Below are positions 17,132-26,116 of a stretch of 55,818 nt of DNA, piece by piece. The DNA is taken from contig JBKJOI010000659.1 of NCBI GenBank assembly GCA_046595695.1, forward strand, positions 1 through 55,818. Reading direction: 5' to 3'. A program made the position numbers and the translations under genes. The notes under the pieces are model-generated. The model made no database searches and was not told the origin of the DNA. It saw only the letters and a list, made by a program, of their open reading frames with translations. The DNA is from Haliangiales bacterium (lineage in GTDB: Bacteria; Myxococcota_A; Polyangia; Haliangiales; SHYZ01). The stretch's first letter is position 1. Each line of letters opens with the position of its first letter.

Positions 17132-20128
17132 TCACTCCAGATCGCGCAGGCCGGCGGTGCGCGCCTGGCTGGTCGAGGCCGAGGTGAGCGCGTCGACGTC
17201 GATATGCACGTCCAGCTCACGGCCGCTCACCGAGCCGTGGCACTCGGCGCAGGTCGTCCCGAAGACGCGCTCGGGCACGCCCATGTTGATCGCCTCGCGC
17301 GCGCCGAACTGGAGCTCCTCACGCTGCCGGAACAGCACCTGGCCCTCGTCGTCGAGGAGCTCGATGAGCAGCGGGCGACGGGTGGGCACGCGCAGGTAAG
17401 CCGAGCCATCCGGGAACACCGGCGCCTCGCCCAGCTCGACCCGCTGCTCGAACACCTGCTCGTCGCCGGCGAAGTCACTCACGCACACCGGTGCGTCGGC
17501 CGCCGTGCACTCGAGCGGCGGCGCGGCGTGCGCGAAGAAGCGCACCCTCGTGGCGGCGCGCAGGCCGGTGACCGCGCGGCCGCGCCGGTCGTTGCCGTCG
17601 AGCAGCGTCGCCAGGAGCGGCAGGTCGAGGAAGTGGACGACGGCGAGCGCGTCGGTGGCCTGCTCGGCGTCGGGCGGCTGGCGATCGCGGTGGAACAGCG
17701 GCTCGGGCGGCCGCGGCATCACCAGCACCGCCTCGACCCGCGAGCCCGGGCCCGTCACGAGCGCGCGCCGCGCGCCGGTGCGCGGATCGACCGCCACGAG
17801 ATCGTAGCGCACGGGCGCCTCGGCGCCGACGTCCACGCCCTCGGCGTAAGCGGCCAGCACGGTCCCGTCGGGCAGCATGAACGGTGATCGATAAGCGCCC
17901 GTGGCCTCGCCGGCGCGCCCGGTCGGGCCCGGCAGCACGGTCAGGGAGCGCACGTAGTCGGCATCGATGCGACCCTGCTCGAACGGCCCGACCGAGCGGT
18001 TGAACACGCCCAGCGCGCCGCCCTGGCCGCGGGCGCCCGCGTCGGCGAGCACCACCAGCAGGTTCCCGTCGAGCGCGCTGCGACTCTCGGTGACCTGGGC
18101 GTACCCGATGCTGGGCACGAGCTCGGCGTCGGGGGGGGCCGCCCCGGGCAGGTAGCCGCCACGGCCCTGGTAGCTCTCGGCGCGCTGGCCGACGAGCGGG
18201 TGGTAGTCGCCGAGGTCCCAGTCCAGGCGCCGGCCGGCGATCTGGTAGAAGTCCGCCGACATCTTCTCCGCGGTCATGGTGAGCTGGCCGTGCGCGGTGA
18301 TGCCCGGCTGGGCCTCGACGCCGCGCAGGAAGGTCATGCGCTCGCCGGCGCCCGAGCCATCGGCGCGCTGGCGCCACAGGTCGGCACCCGGAAGCAGGAG
18401 CTTGGGCGTGCGCCGAGGCCCCTCGGGGCCGCCTCGTGAGGAGGCGTAGACGATCCACTCGAGCCCGGCGTCGTCGACCACGTACGTGGGATCGAAGTTG
18501 TGCACGCTCAGGCCGCCCTGGACCTCGCCGCCGTCGAGGGTGATGCGCCGGCAGCCCGAGCCGTCGACGCCGACCTCCCAGACGTCGAGGCCGCTCGCGG
18601 CGCCGACGCGCAGCGCGAAGACCACGCGCGTGCCGTCGTAGCTGGGCTCGGGCGTGCGCACGTCGATCGCGGCACGGTCCGGGCCGACCCCGGCACAGCC
18701 CGCCAGCAGGCTGGTCCGCCCGCTGACCGACGCGAGCGCTGCGTTCGCGCCGAGCAGCGCCTCGCCGCGCACCAGATCGGCGCCGGGACGAAACTCCGAG
18801 AAGTCGACCAGCCGGCTCGCGTCGGCGGGCCGCTCGACCCACACCAGCGGCAGGGTCGTGCCCGCGGCGGCGCCAGCGCGCTGCGACGCGGGTAGCTCCG
18901 CCCGCTCGAGGCGCAACCACTCGGCGAGCGCGCAAACCGGCGGCGAGGTCACGGGATCGTAGGGCGTCGGGCACGCCGCCGGATCGAGCGCCTGCCCGGG
19001 TGTCTCGAGCAGGGCGCCGGCGCGGTGCGCGAGGCCGCCGTGACCTGCCAGCACGTTCTTGGCCACGATCCGGCTGACCCTTGGATTGGGCGAGCCCAGC
19101 GCGAGCAGCGCGCGCGCCTCGCGGTAGTCGATCGCGCGCGCGATCGGCGAGAAGAAGCCGAAGCTGCCCGCGCGCAGCTTGAGCTCGTGCGGCACGACCG
19201 GGCTGTGGCACGCTTGGGCGGCGCAGCCGCGCCGGAGCAGCAGCGGCAAGACCTCCTGGTCGAAGAAGCGCCGCGCGTCGGTGATGTCGGCCTCCGGCAG
19301 CGGCCCCGCCAGGAGGGCCCAGGCCCGCAAGGTCTCGAGGTCGGGGTCATCGACCGCGTCGAACAGGATGCCGCCGCCGTGAGAGCCGCCGCCGAGCTGG
19401 GGCGAGAGCGGGCGACGCAACAGTTCGCTGTCCTCGGCTGGGCTGGCGACGAACGCCCGCGCGACCAGGTAGTTGGCCCTGCGCTGCGGCTCGTCGCTGC
19501 CGCACGCGATCTGCAGATCCAGGCGCCCGCTGCCGTGACACGAGCCCTGGCCGCAACGCCGCACGAGCACGTCCTGCGCCGGACCGAACGCGGCATAGCC
19601 AGGGTCGTCCGCGCCGACCTGGGTGATGTCGACCAACGTCGAGGCCTTGTCACTGCACGCGCCCACGCCGCCCGCGGAGGCGCCCGACGAAGGCGGCGGG
19701 CGCCCGTCACGGGTGGCGCCGTTGTCGAGCCACCGCTTGAGCGTCAGGTACGCGGGGCCGCTCATCTGCAGCACCGCGCCGCCGGCGTGCGTCACCTCGA
19801 GCGGCTGGAAGTCGCCCCGGTACGAGATGTCGAGCTCGCGCGAGTCGACCGCCTTGATGAGCAGCAGCGGCTCCGGATAGGAGCCGTACGGGCGGAGCAG
19901 ATCCTGGCGCAGCAGGAGCGCCTCGTACGAGGTGACGTCCAGGTTGCCGAGCGCCCGGCCCGAGCCGTCGTCCCGGTGGCAGCCCGAGACCCCCGAGGCA
20001 CACCTGGCGAGCAGGAGCGGCTGGATCTGCCGGTCGAAGTAGTCGTGGCGCGGCCGGGTCTCGGCATCGCAGGCGGCCAGGGCCAGGCAGCCGCCGAGGA
20101 CTCCGAGGATCGCCAGGAGTGCGCGCAT
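17132..20128 (-). CDS. Multiheme lipoprotein with TolB-like propeller and hydrazine-synthase-alpha-like domain (copy 2)
   Basis: Start MRALLAILGVLGGCLALAAC; CASGVSGCH, CGQGSCH, CAAQACH, CAECH; PEPSYDGTRVVFA; EAPVFPDGSAYLRVP..IELLD. Confidence 0.85.
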   Translation of the reverse strand: MRALLAILGVLGGCLALAACDAETRPRHDYFDRQIQPLLLARCASGVSGCHRDDGSGRALGNLDVTSYEALLLRQDLLRPYGSYPEPLLLIKAVDSRELDISYRGDFQPLEVTHAGGAVLQMSGPAYLTLKRWLDNGATRDGRPPPSSGASAGGVGACSDKASTLVDITQVGADDPGYAAFGPAQDVLVRRCGQGSCHGSGRLDLQIACGSDEPQRRANYLVARAFVASPAEDSELLRRPLSPQLGGGSHGGGILFDAVDDPDLETLRAWALLAGPLPEADITDARRFFDQEVLPLLLRRGCAAQACHSPVVPHELKLRAGSFGFFSPIARAIDYREARALLALGSPNPRVSRIVAKNVLAGHGGLAHRAGALLETPGQALDPAACPTPYDPVTSPPVCALAEWLRLERAELPASQRAGAAAGTTLPLVWVERPADASRLVDFSEFRPGADLVRGEALLGANAALASVSGRTSLLAGCAGVGPDRAAIDVRTPEPSYDGTRVVFALRVGAASGLDVWEVGVDGSGCRRITLDGGEVQGGLSVHNFDPTYVVDDAGLEWIVYASSRGGPEGPRRTPKLLLPGADLWRQRADGSGAGERMTFLRGVEAQPGITAHGQLTMTAEKMSADFYQIAGRRLDWDLGDYHPLVGQRAESYQGRGGYLPGAAPPDAELVPSIGYAQVTESRSALDGNLLVVLADAGARGQGGALGVFNRSVGPFEQGRIDADYVRSLTVLPGPTGRAGEATGAYRSPFMLPDGTVLAAYAEGVDVGAEAPVRYDLVAVDPRTGARRALVTGPGSRVEAVLVMPRPPEPLFHRDRQPPDAEQATDALAVVHFLDLPLLATLLDGNDRRGRAVTGLRAATRVRFFAHAAPPLECTAADAPVCVSDFAGDEQVFEQRVELGEAPVFPDGSAYLRVPTRRPLLIELLDDEGQVLFRQREELQFGAREAINMGVPERVFGTTCAECHGSVSGRELDVHIDVDALTSASTSQARTAGLRDLE

Positions 20129-20162
20129 GATCACAGTATCGGCGGCGCCCGGGCGATCGATC

Positions 20163-20176
20163 TTGATCGAGGTCAA
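20163..20176. promoter_or_regulatory. FNR box, class II position
   Basis: TTGAT-CGAG-GTCAA; centre 41.5 nt before ATG 20128, with GATACT at -12..-7. Confidence 0.85.
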
Positions 20177-20410
20177 GGGCGGGCGCGATGGCAGACCCGG
20201 CAAGATCTGCGCGCTCCCGAGGGCCGGAACGCAACGCCTGCGGCCTCCACGCCGCCGGGCAGCCGCGCCGGCTTGTACACGCGCTCGACTGTGAAGGGGC
20301 CAGGAGAACAAGACCTGAACGAAGCCCCCCTGCGCCGGCAGCCGCGGGTGCATGACGCACCACCATGGGCAGCAAGCACACGGCAGTGCGGCGTGTGCTC
20401 GCAGCCTGGG

Positions 20411-20426
20411 CGGCACGATGGTTGCT
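20411..20426 (+). promoter_or_regulatory. sigma54 promoter
   Basis: CGGCAC-GATGG-TTGCT, 14 nt before TTG 20441. Confidence 0.7.
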
Positions 20427-20440
20427 TCGCCCTGCCCTGC

Positions 20441-21763
20441 TTGCGAGCGGAGCGCGTCGAGGTCGTCGTCGTCGGAGGAGGCATCGCGGGGCTCGCGAGC
20501 GCGTGGCACCTGGTGCGCCAGGGCGTGTCCGGCGTGTGCATCCTCGAGCGCGAGGCCACGCTCGGCGCGCACGCCTCCGGGCGCAACGCCGCCATCCTTC
20601 GCCACGTGGACGACGACGAGCACGGCGTCCGGCTCGCGCTGCGGAGTCGCACCCTCCTCGGCCTGCTCGGCGGTCGGGCGGCCGCGCTGCTGCGCCCGAC
20701 CGGTACGTTGTTCCTGGGTCGCCATGAGCGCCTGCGGCGCATGGCCGAGCTCGCCGCGGGCGCCGCGATCCCGACCGTGTGGCTCGCGCCCGCGGCCATC
20801 GGCGCCCGCGTGCCCGTGCTCGCGGGCGGCGACGCGGAGCACGGCCTGCTCGTCGCGGAGGACGGCGTCCTCGATACCCACGCGCTCCTCGAGGCGCTGG
20901 CACGCGGGGCGCGTGCCCGCGGCGCGCGCGTGCGCACCGGCGTGACGGTGGCCGGCATCACGCGGCGGGGCGAGACGGTCACCGGCGTACGGCTGGCGAA
21001 TGGCGAAGAGGTCCAGGCCACCACCGTCGTGGTCGCGGCGGGTGCCTGGTCTGCCGGCCTGGGTGCGACCTGCGCCGCACCGATGCCGCTCGAGTCGCGC
21101 CGGCGGCACCTGGCCATGCTGGTCGCCGAGGACGCCCTCGCCGCCGCCAGCCCCGTGGTCTGGAAGCTCGACGGTGACGAGGTGTACTTCCGGGCCGAGT
21201 CCGGCGGCATCCTGGCCAGTCCCTGCGACGAGGAGGTCTGGCCTGCCGGGCTGCCACCGTGCGCCCCGGATCAGCTCGGGCAGCTCGCCGAACGGCTATC
21301 GCGCGTCGCGCCCGGCCTCGCGACCGCCCGCGTGCGTCGGGCCTGGGCCTGCCTGCGCACCTTCGCGCCCGACGGCGGGTTCCTCGCGGGCGCGGATCCG
21401 CGCTGCCGTGGCCTGTTCTGGATCGCAGGCCTCGGCGGTCGCGGCATGAGCTGCGGCCTCGCGCTCGGCGAGCTCGTCGCCGCGCACATCCTCGGGCAGC
21501 CGCACGTCCTCGCCGAGGCGCTCGCGCCCGCGCGCCTGCTCGCGCCGCTCGCGCGCTCCCACCCGCGCAGGCGCGACCGGCGTGGACGCACGCGCACGCA
21601 CGTGACGGTCGGCAGGGTCAGCCCGCCGCGCTGTGCAGCCTCGCTGCATCGCCGACCACATCGCGCAACACCTGCTCGAGCGCCAGGCGCGCGGCCGCGC
21701 CCTCGCAGAGCCAGGCGCTCGCGACGTCCAGGCTCGCGCTGCACAGGATCGCGTCGGAGGTGA
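20441..21763 (+). CDS. FAD-dependent oxidoreductase (DadA/glycine oxidase family); C-terminal ~70 aa probably read-through
   Basis: VVVVGGGIAG, ASGRNAA, VVVAAGAWS, WACLRTFAPDG, GLGGRG. Confidence 0.85.
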   Translation: MRAERVEVVVVGGGIAGLASAWHLVRQGVSGVCILEREATLGAHASGRNAAILRHVDDDEHGVRLALRSRTLLGLLGGRAAALLRPTGTLFLGRHERLRRMAELAAGAAIPTVWLAPAAIGARVPVLAGGDAEHGLLVAEDGVLDTHALLEALARGARARGARVRTGVTVAGITRRGETVTGVRLANGEEVQATTVVVAAGAWSAGLGATCAAPMPLESRRRHLAMLVAEDALAAASPVVWKLDGDEVYFRAESGGILASPCDEEVWPAGLPPCAPDQLGQLAERLSRVAPGLATARVRRAWACLRTFAPDGGFLAGADPRCRGLFWIAGLGGRGMSCGLALGELVAAHILGQPHVLAEALAPARLLAPLARSHPRRRDRRGRTRTHVTVGRVSPPRCAASLHRRPHRATPARAPGARPRPRRARRSRRPGSRCTGSRRR

Positions 21764-22055
21764 TACGTGCGGTGTCGAGGTAGGTGTCGCGCACCAGCGC
21801 CTCGATGCCCAGGAAGGAGCCAGCGATGCGTATCGCGACCGGGACCTTCACCGAGCCGGGCTTGCTAGCGCGGGTCAGCACCGCGCTGCCGCGCTTGATG
21901 AACCAGATACGCGTGGCGGGCTCGCCCTCGAAGTGAACGTACTCCGCGCGCCGCTTCGGCTCGTCGACGAGCGGGCAGCAGCCCCCCAGGTCCACGCCTG
22001 CCGCCCGGCCACACGGACAGTTCGAGCAGTTCACAATCCGTGACTCGAATGGCAC
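21618..22055 (-). pseudogene. Crp/Fnr-family regulator truncated before the HTH
   Basis: CSNCPC..CCPLVD, EGEPA..WFIKRG; ends where its paralogs continue into VPETFSR. Confidence 0.7.
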
Positions 22056-22067
22056 TTAGATGCTCAA

Positions 22068-22083
22068 TGCCATTCTCGTGCCA
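22068..22083 (-). promoter_or_regulatory. sigma54 promoter
   Basis: TGGCAC-GAGAA-TGGCA, 12 nt before GTG 22055. Confidence 0.65.
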
Positions 22084-22105
22084 CTCGTCGGGTTCGGCGA
22101 GGCGG

Positions 22106-22765
22106 TCAAGGGGCGAGCGCGGCCGCGCGGCGAAGCGCGGCCGGATCGCAGACGCGCAGGGAGCGGCGCGAGACCTCGATCGCGCCCGCCTGGGCGAGCT
22201 GCCCGAGGGCGCGCGAGAACGTCTCCGGCACGATGCCCAGCAAGCCCGCGGCATCCCGCCGCGGCACCGGTGGGTGCGGCCCGCGCGCCGCCTCGCTCAG
22301 GACCCAGCGCGCCACGCGTTCGAGCGCGCTACCCTCCGCCTGGCACGACCGCGGCGCGTCGCAGCACTCGGCGCGCAGCATCTGCTCGAGCGCCATGCGC
22401 GCCGCGCCACCCTGCGAGAACCACGCGTCGGCGACCTCGCGGGTCGCCGTACCCACCAGCGTCGCCGCCGTCGCGCGCGCGCTGTCCAGGTAGGTGCTGC
22501 GCACGAGCCCTTCCAGGCCGAGAAACGTCCCGACGCGGCGGATCGCGTGCGGCGTCGCGGCGCGGCCCTGGCGGCTCGAGCGCGTGAGCACCACGCAGCC
22601 ACGCCGGACGAACCACACGGCCGTGGCCGGCTCGCCTTCTCGGAAGAGGTACTCACCCCGGCGCAGCCGCTGGTCGACGAGCGGACACCGCCCGTCCAGG
22701 CCGACCTCGGGCGTCTTGCTGCAGGGGCACGTGGCGACTGGCGAGATGGACGCATGCGCCACCAT
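22106..22765 (-). CDS. Crp/Fnr-family regulator, Cys-rich N-terminus
   Basis: TCPC..GRCPLVD; LFREGEPA; HTH AGLLGIVPETFSRAL. Confidence 0.88.
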   Translation of the reverse strand: MVAHASISPVATCPCSKTPEVGLDGRCPLVDQRLRRGEYLFREGEPATAVWFVRRGCVVLTRSSRQGRAATPHAIRRVGTFLGLEGLVRSTYLDSARATAATLVGTATREVADAWFSQGGAARMALEQMLRAECCDAPRSCQAEGSALERVARWVLSEAARGPHPPVPRRDAAGLLGIVPETFSRALGQLAQAGAIEVSRRSLRVCDPAALRRAAALAP

Positions 22766-22778
22766 GGCGTCGAGGGTT

Positions 22779-22794
22779 TGCGAGGCCCGTGCCA
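22779..22794 (-). promoter_or_regulatory. sigma54 promoter
   Basis: TGGCAC-GGGCC-TCGCA, 13 nt before ATG 22765. Confidence 0.7.
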
Positions 22795-22897
22795 GGTAAT
22801 TCCCGCCGTTGCGTGCACGATTCGCGATCTTCTTGCGGCCCGCGCGCTGCCGCCCCGCCAGGCCGGCAATTCTTGCGCGCTCCGCGGCCAGCTGGGG

Positions 22898-24979
22898 TCA
22901 CTCCACGCTGAACCCGTCTGTCCGGTCGAAGCGCACCGCCGCCACCTTCCAGGGCGTGAACTCGAGCGCGCGCTCGAAGCTCTGGCTCCACAGCTCGGCC
23001 GCGGCACCGTCGCCGATGTCGACGCGGACCCGGTGCCGGCCCGGCGCGACCGCCACGCGCGCCTCCGCCACGCTCGCCCCGTCGCCGAACAGGCCGCGCG
23101 GTTCGTACCGGCGCTCGTGCACGACCTCGCCGTCGACCGTAACGCGCAGGCGCACCGGCACGCGGCCACGCTCGCACACCTGCGCCTGGCGCATGTGCGC
23201 CGGCTGTCTGGCCAGCTCCTCGGCGGAGACCGTGCGGCAGCGCTGTGCCACCTGGCCCGGATGGACGAACGCGACCACCAGCTCGGGCTGGCCGTCGCTG
23301 GCGCGGGCCCGGTAGGGCGCCACGCTGCCGGCGCCGATGACCACGGAGAGCCCCGCGGCCAGCGCCACGGCGACGCCGACCTGGCGCGCGCGGCGGCGTC
23401 CGGGCGGCAGGTCGTTGATCGGACCACCCGGGCCCGTGCGCAGGGCGCGCTCGAAGTCGGCGCAGGCCCGGCGCAGCCCGGCTCCATCGGTGCGCGGCAG
23501 CTGGGCGAAGTGCAGCCGGCCGCCCGGCACCTTGTCGGCACGCAGGCGAGGCTCGCGCTCACCCACGAGGCGCAGGCGCGTCAGGCGCCCGCCGTCGCGG
23601 TACACCGGCTCGCCAGGCCCGCAACCGATCACCAGCACGCCGCTGGCGCCGTGACGCAGCGCTCGCTCGATCACGAGCGGATGCACCCAGCCGGCGCAGG
23701 GCACGCCGAGCACGCGCCACCCGGGTAGCGCTGGCGAGGCCCCGGTCTCCGGGTCGACCTCGAACGCCGCCGCCGCCGAGGTCGCGCACGCGAACAGCAC
23801 CGCGGGCGCCTCGCCGCGCGCGCGCGCCGTGTCGAGCCAGCCGTCGACGCGGTGGCGGGTGTCGATCAGCGGCAGGGCCGGCACATCGGTGCCCGCCGAG
23901 TCGCACGAGCCCACGCAGATCCCGCAGCCGACGCACTTCGACGGGTCCACCTGCGCCTGCAGCGCGAACGGGCGGTCATCGGTGCGCGGCACCATGGTGA
24001 TGGCGTCGTAGGGGCAGTCGCGCGCGCACTGCTTGCAGTCGTTGCAGCGTGACGTCGTCACCGTCGCCGCCACGACCCGGCGGCGCGGCAGCGTCCACGG
24101 CAGGGACAGCACCACCAGGCCTCCCACCAGCAGCAGCGTCCACAGCGCGGCCCCGCCCAGTCGGTCAGTCAGCCAGAGTGGCAAGAGGTACCAGGCGTCG
24201 AGGGAGAAGGCGCGCGGCACCTCGGTCATGTGCGCGGGCCCGGCGCTGGTGCCGGGCAGGATCAAGGACAGCACCAGCAGGGAGCCGAGCGTCCACCAGA
24301 GCAGCGTCCGGCGCGGCCAGTGGCGCGGTTTCACCAGCCGCGCCAGGTGCAGCCACAGCGCGACCCCCATCGCCAGCGGCAGCAGCATGTGCAGGAAGAA
24401 CACCACGAAGAACAGCAGCGGCCGCACCGTGCGGTCCATCAGGAACGCCAGCGAGAACGGCTCGGCGAAGATGGGCAGGCCGTCGACCAGCCGGGCGCTG
24501 CCGAGGGCGACCTGGCGGGCGCGCTCGTCCCAGACCAGCCAGTAGCCCAGCCAGCCGACGAACCAAAGCAACCCGACCAGCAGCACGCCGGTGATCCAGG
24601 CCAGCCAGCGCGCGCCGCCGAAGCGGCGTGCCACGAACAGCCGCAGCGCGTGCAGCAGGCTGAACGCCATGCACGCGTCGGAGCTGTAGCGGTGCAGCGA
24701 GCGCATCACCTGCCCCGCGCTGAAGCCGCGCAGCGCCTCGAGCGAGGCGTACGCCTGCACCGCGCTGGGCTTGTACCAGATGACCAGCACCACGCCGGTG
24801 ACCACCGCGACGATCAGCGAGGCGAACGCGACCGCGCCGGTCTGCGCGAACGGGTTCAGCTCCACCGGCAAGACGCGCTGGACCGCGGCGTCCAGCCGCA
24901 CGAACCCGGCGTCGAGTGCCCGCAGGACGCCTTCGCCCCGGACCGTCGGCTCGGGGCTGGCACGCGAGACGGTGGGCAT
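22898..24979 (-). CDS. Cytochrome b / 2x[4Fe-4S] ferredoxin / MvhD(FlpD)-like fusion membrane protein
   Basis: RSLHRY..LLHALR and FFLHML..WLHL heme b His pairs; CNDCKQCARDCP, CVGCGICVGSC; FAC..VPCAG..GC. Confidence 0.88.
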   Translation of the reverse strand: MPTVSRASPEPTVRGEGVLRALDAGFVRLDAAVQRVLPVELNPFAQTGAVAFASLIVAVVTGVVLVIWYKPSAVQAYASLEALRGFSAGQVMRSLHRYSSDACMAFSLLHALRLFVARRFGGARWLAWITGVLLVGLLWFVGWLGYWLVWDERARQVALGSARLVDGLPIFAEPFSLAFLMDRTVRPLLFFVVFFLHMLLPLAMGVALWLHLARLVKPRHWPRRTLLWWTLGSLLVLSLILPGTSAGPAHMTEVPRAFSLDAWYLLPLWLTDRLGGAALWTLLLVGGLVVLSLPWTLPRRRVVAATVTTSRCNDCKQCARDCPYDAITMVPRTDDRPFALQAQVDPSKCVGCGICVGSCDSAGTDVPALPLIDTRHRVDGWLDTARARGEAPAVLFACATSAAAAFEVDPETGASPALPGWRVLGVPCAGWVHPLVIERALRHGASGVLVIGCGPGEPVYRDGGRLTRLRLVGEREPRLRADKVPGGRLHFAQLPRTDGAGLRRACADFERALRTGPGGPINDLPPGRRRARQVGVAVALAAGLSVVIGAGSVAPYRARASDGQPELVVAFVHPGQVAQRCRTVSAEELARQPAHMRQAQVCERGRVPVRLRVTVDGEVVHERRYEPRGLFGDGASVAEARVAVAPGRHRVRVDIGDGAAAELWSQSFERALEFTPWKVAAVRFDRTDGFSVE

Positions 24980-24982
24980 GAG

Positions 24983-25924
24983 CTATTTCTCCGCGACCAG
25001 CTTCTCGGCAGTCAGCTGGCGCAGCGCGGCCACCATCCAGCGTTCCTGCACCTGCCCGAGCGTGAAGCGGTAGGCGACCTGACCGTCGCGGTCGATGGTG
25101 GCGAACAGGTTCGAGTGATCGATCACGCCGGTCTCGGGGTTGCGCCGGCGCTCGACGCCGAAGTGGTCGAGCACCGCGTTCACCCGCGCCGGCTCGCCGG
25201 TGAGCAGCCGGAAGCCCGGCGCGCTCACCCCCTGCGCGAGGGCCAGGGCGCGCAGCCTGGCCGGGTCGTCGTGCTCGGGATCGATGGTGACGGCGAGCAC
25301 GACGATCTCGGCACGCCGCGCCGGCTCGAGCTGCGCGAGCACGCGGCGGGTCTGCGCGAAGATCATCGGGCAGGTCAACCCGCAGCTCGCGTAGACGGCG
25401 GTGACCACGACGACCCGGCCGTGCAGGTCGGCGAGCCGCACCACCTGCCCGTCCTGATCGACCAGCTCGAGGTCGGGCGCGGGCACGGTGGTGCGGATGC
25501 GCGCGCCGGGGAACTCGTCGCTCGCGAGGCCCGTGGCCCGCCCGCCGGCGACCTCGCCCAGGGCCACCACGGCGGCCGCGACCACCAGCAGCGCGGCGGC
25601 CGCGTAAGGCAGGGCCCTCACCGGCCGCTCCACCACCTCGCGCAGCGGCACCCACCAGACCATCAGCAGCACCAGCCCGAGCGCGATGGGCTCGCCCAGC
25701 AGCACGAAGGTCGCCAGCCGCGACGGATCTCCCGAGGACGGATCTGCGGCCAGGCACCAGACGCGAAAGTCGGCGGCGAAGCGCGCCAGAGCACCGTCAC
25801 CCGCGGGCCAGAACGCGAACAGCGCCAGCAGCGCGTAGTACGCCAGCAGCGTCGTCAGCATGAAGGTGGGGAACCTCCAGCTGGTGAAGAAGCACCGCGT
25901 GGTCTGGAGCGCGCCGCGCCACAT
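24983..25924 (-). CDS. SCO1/SenC copper chaperone with N-terminal membrane domain
   Basis: YASCGLTCP, TIDPEHD, IDHS; three hydrophobic N-terminal segments. Confidence 0.9.
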   Translation of the reverse strand: MWRGALQTTRCFFTSWRFPTFMLTTLLAYYALLALFAFWPAGDGALARFAADFRVWCLAADPSSGDPSRLATFVLLGEPIALGLVLLMVWWVPLREVVERPVRALPYAAAALLVVAAAVVALGEVAGGRATGLASDEFPGARIRTTVPAPDLELVDQDGQVVRLADLHGRVVVVTAVYASCGLTCPMIFAQTRRVLAQLEPARRAEIVVLAVTIDPEHDDPARLRALALAQGVSAPGFRLLTGEPARVNAVLDHFGVERRRNPETGVIDHSNLFATIDRDGQVAYRFTLGQVQERWMVAALRQLTAEKLVAEK

Positions 25925-26103
25925 CACCTCACCTGCCACAGATCGGCGAGCGCCTTCCAGTTGGCGAAGTAGTAGATCGCGAACGAGGCCAGGAAGATCA
26001 GCGCGAGCACGAAGGTGCCCGGGGTCTCGTGCTTCTCACCGTTGGGGTGCGCTTCCTCCTGCACCAGCTCGGCGACGGTCTTGTCCTTCGACTCCTTCGA
26101 CAT
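25924..26103 (-). CDS. Small single-TM heme-copper oxidase subunit (IIa-like), 59 aa
   Basis: Not in the ORF track: MSKESKDKTVAELVQEEAHPNGEKHETPGTFVLALIFLASFAIYYFANWKALADLWQVR; GAGG RBS; TGATG coupling to SCO. Confidence 0.8.
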   Translation of the reverse strand: MSKESKDKTVAELVQEEAHPNGEKHETPGTFVLALIFLASFAIYYFANWKALADLWQVR

Positions 26104-26116
26104 GGCGTGTTCCTCG

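Noticed and set aside
1840-20128. Anammox pathway (hydrazine synthase plus NXR)
   Set aside because: No hzsB/hzsC or HAO/HDH octaheme genes; the architecture differs from true HzsA; the context does not look planctomycetal
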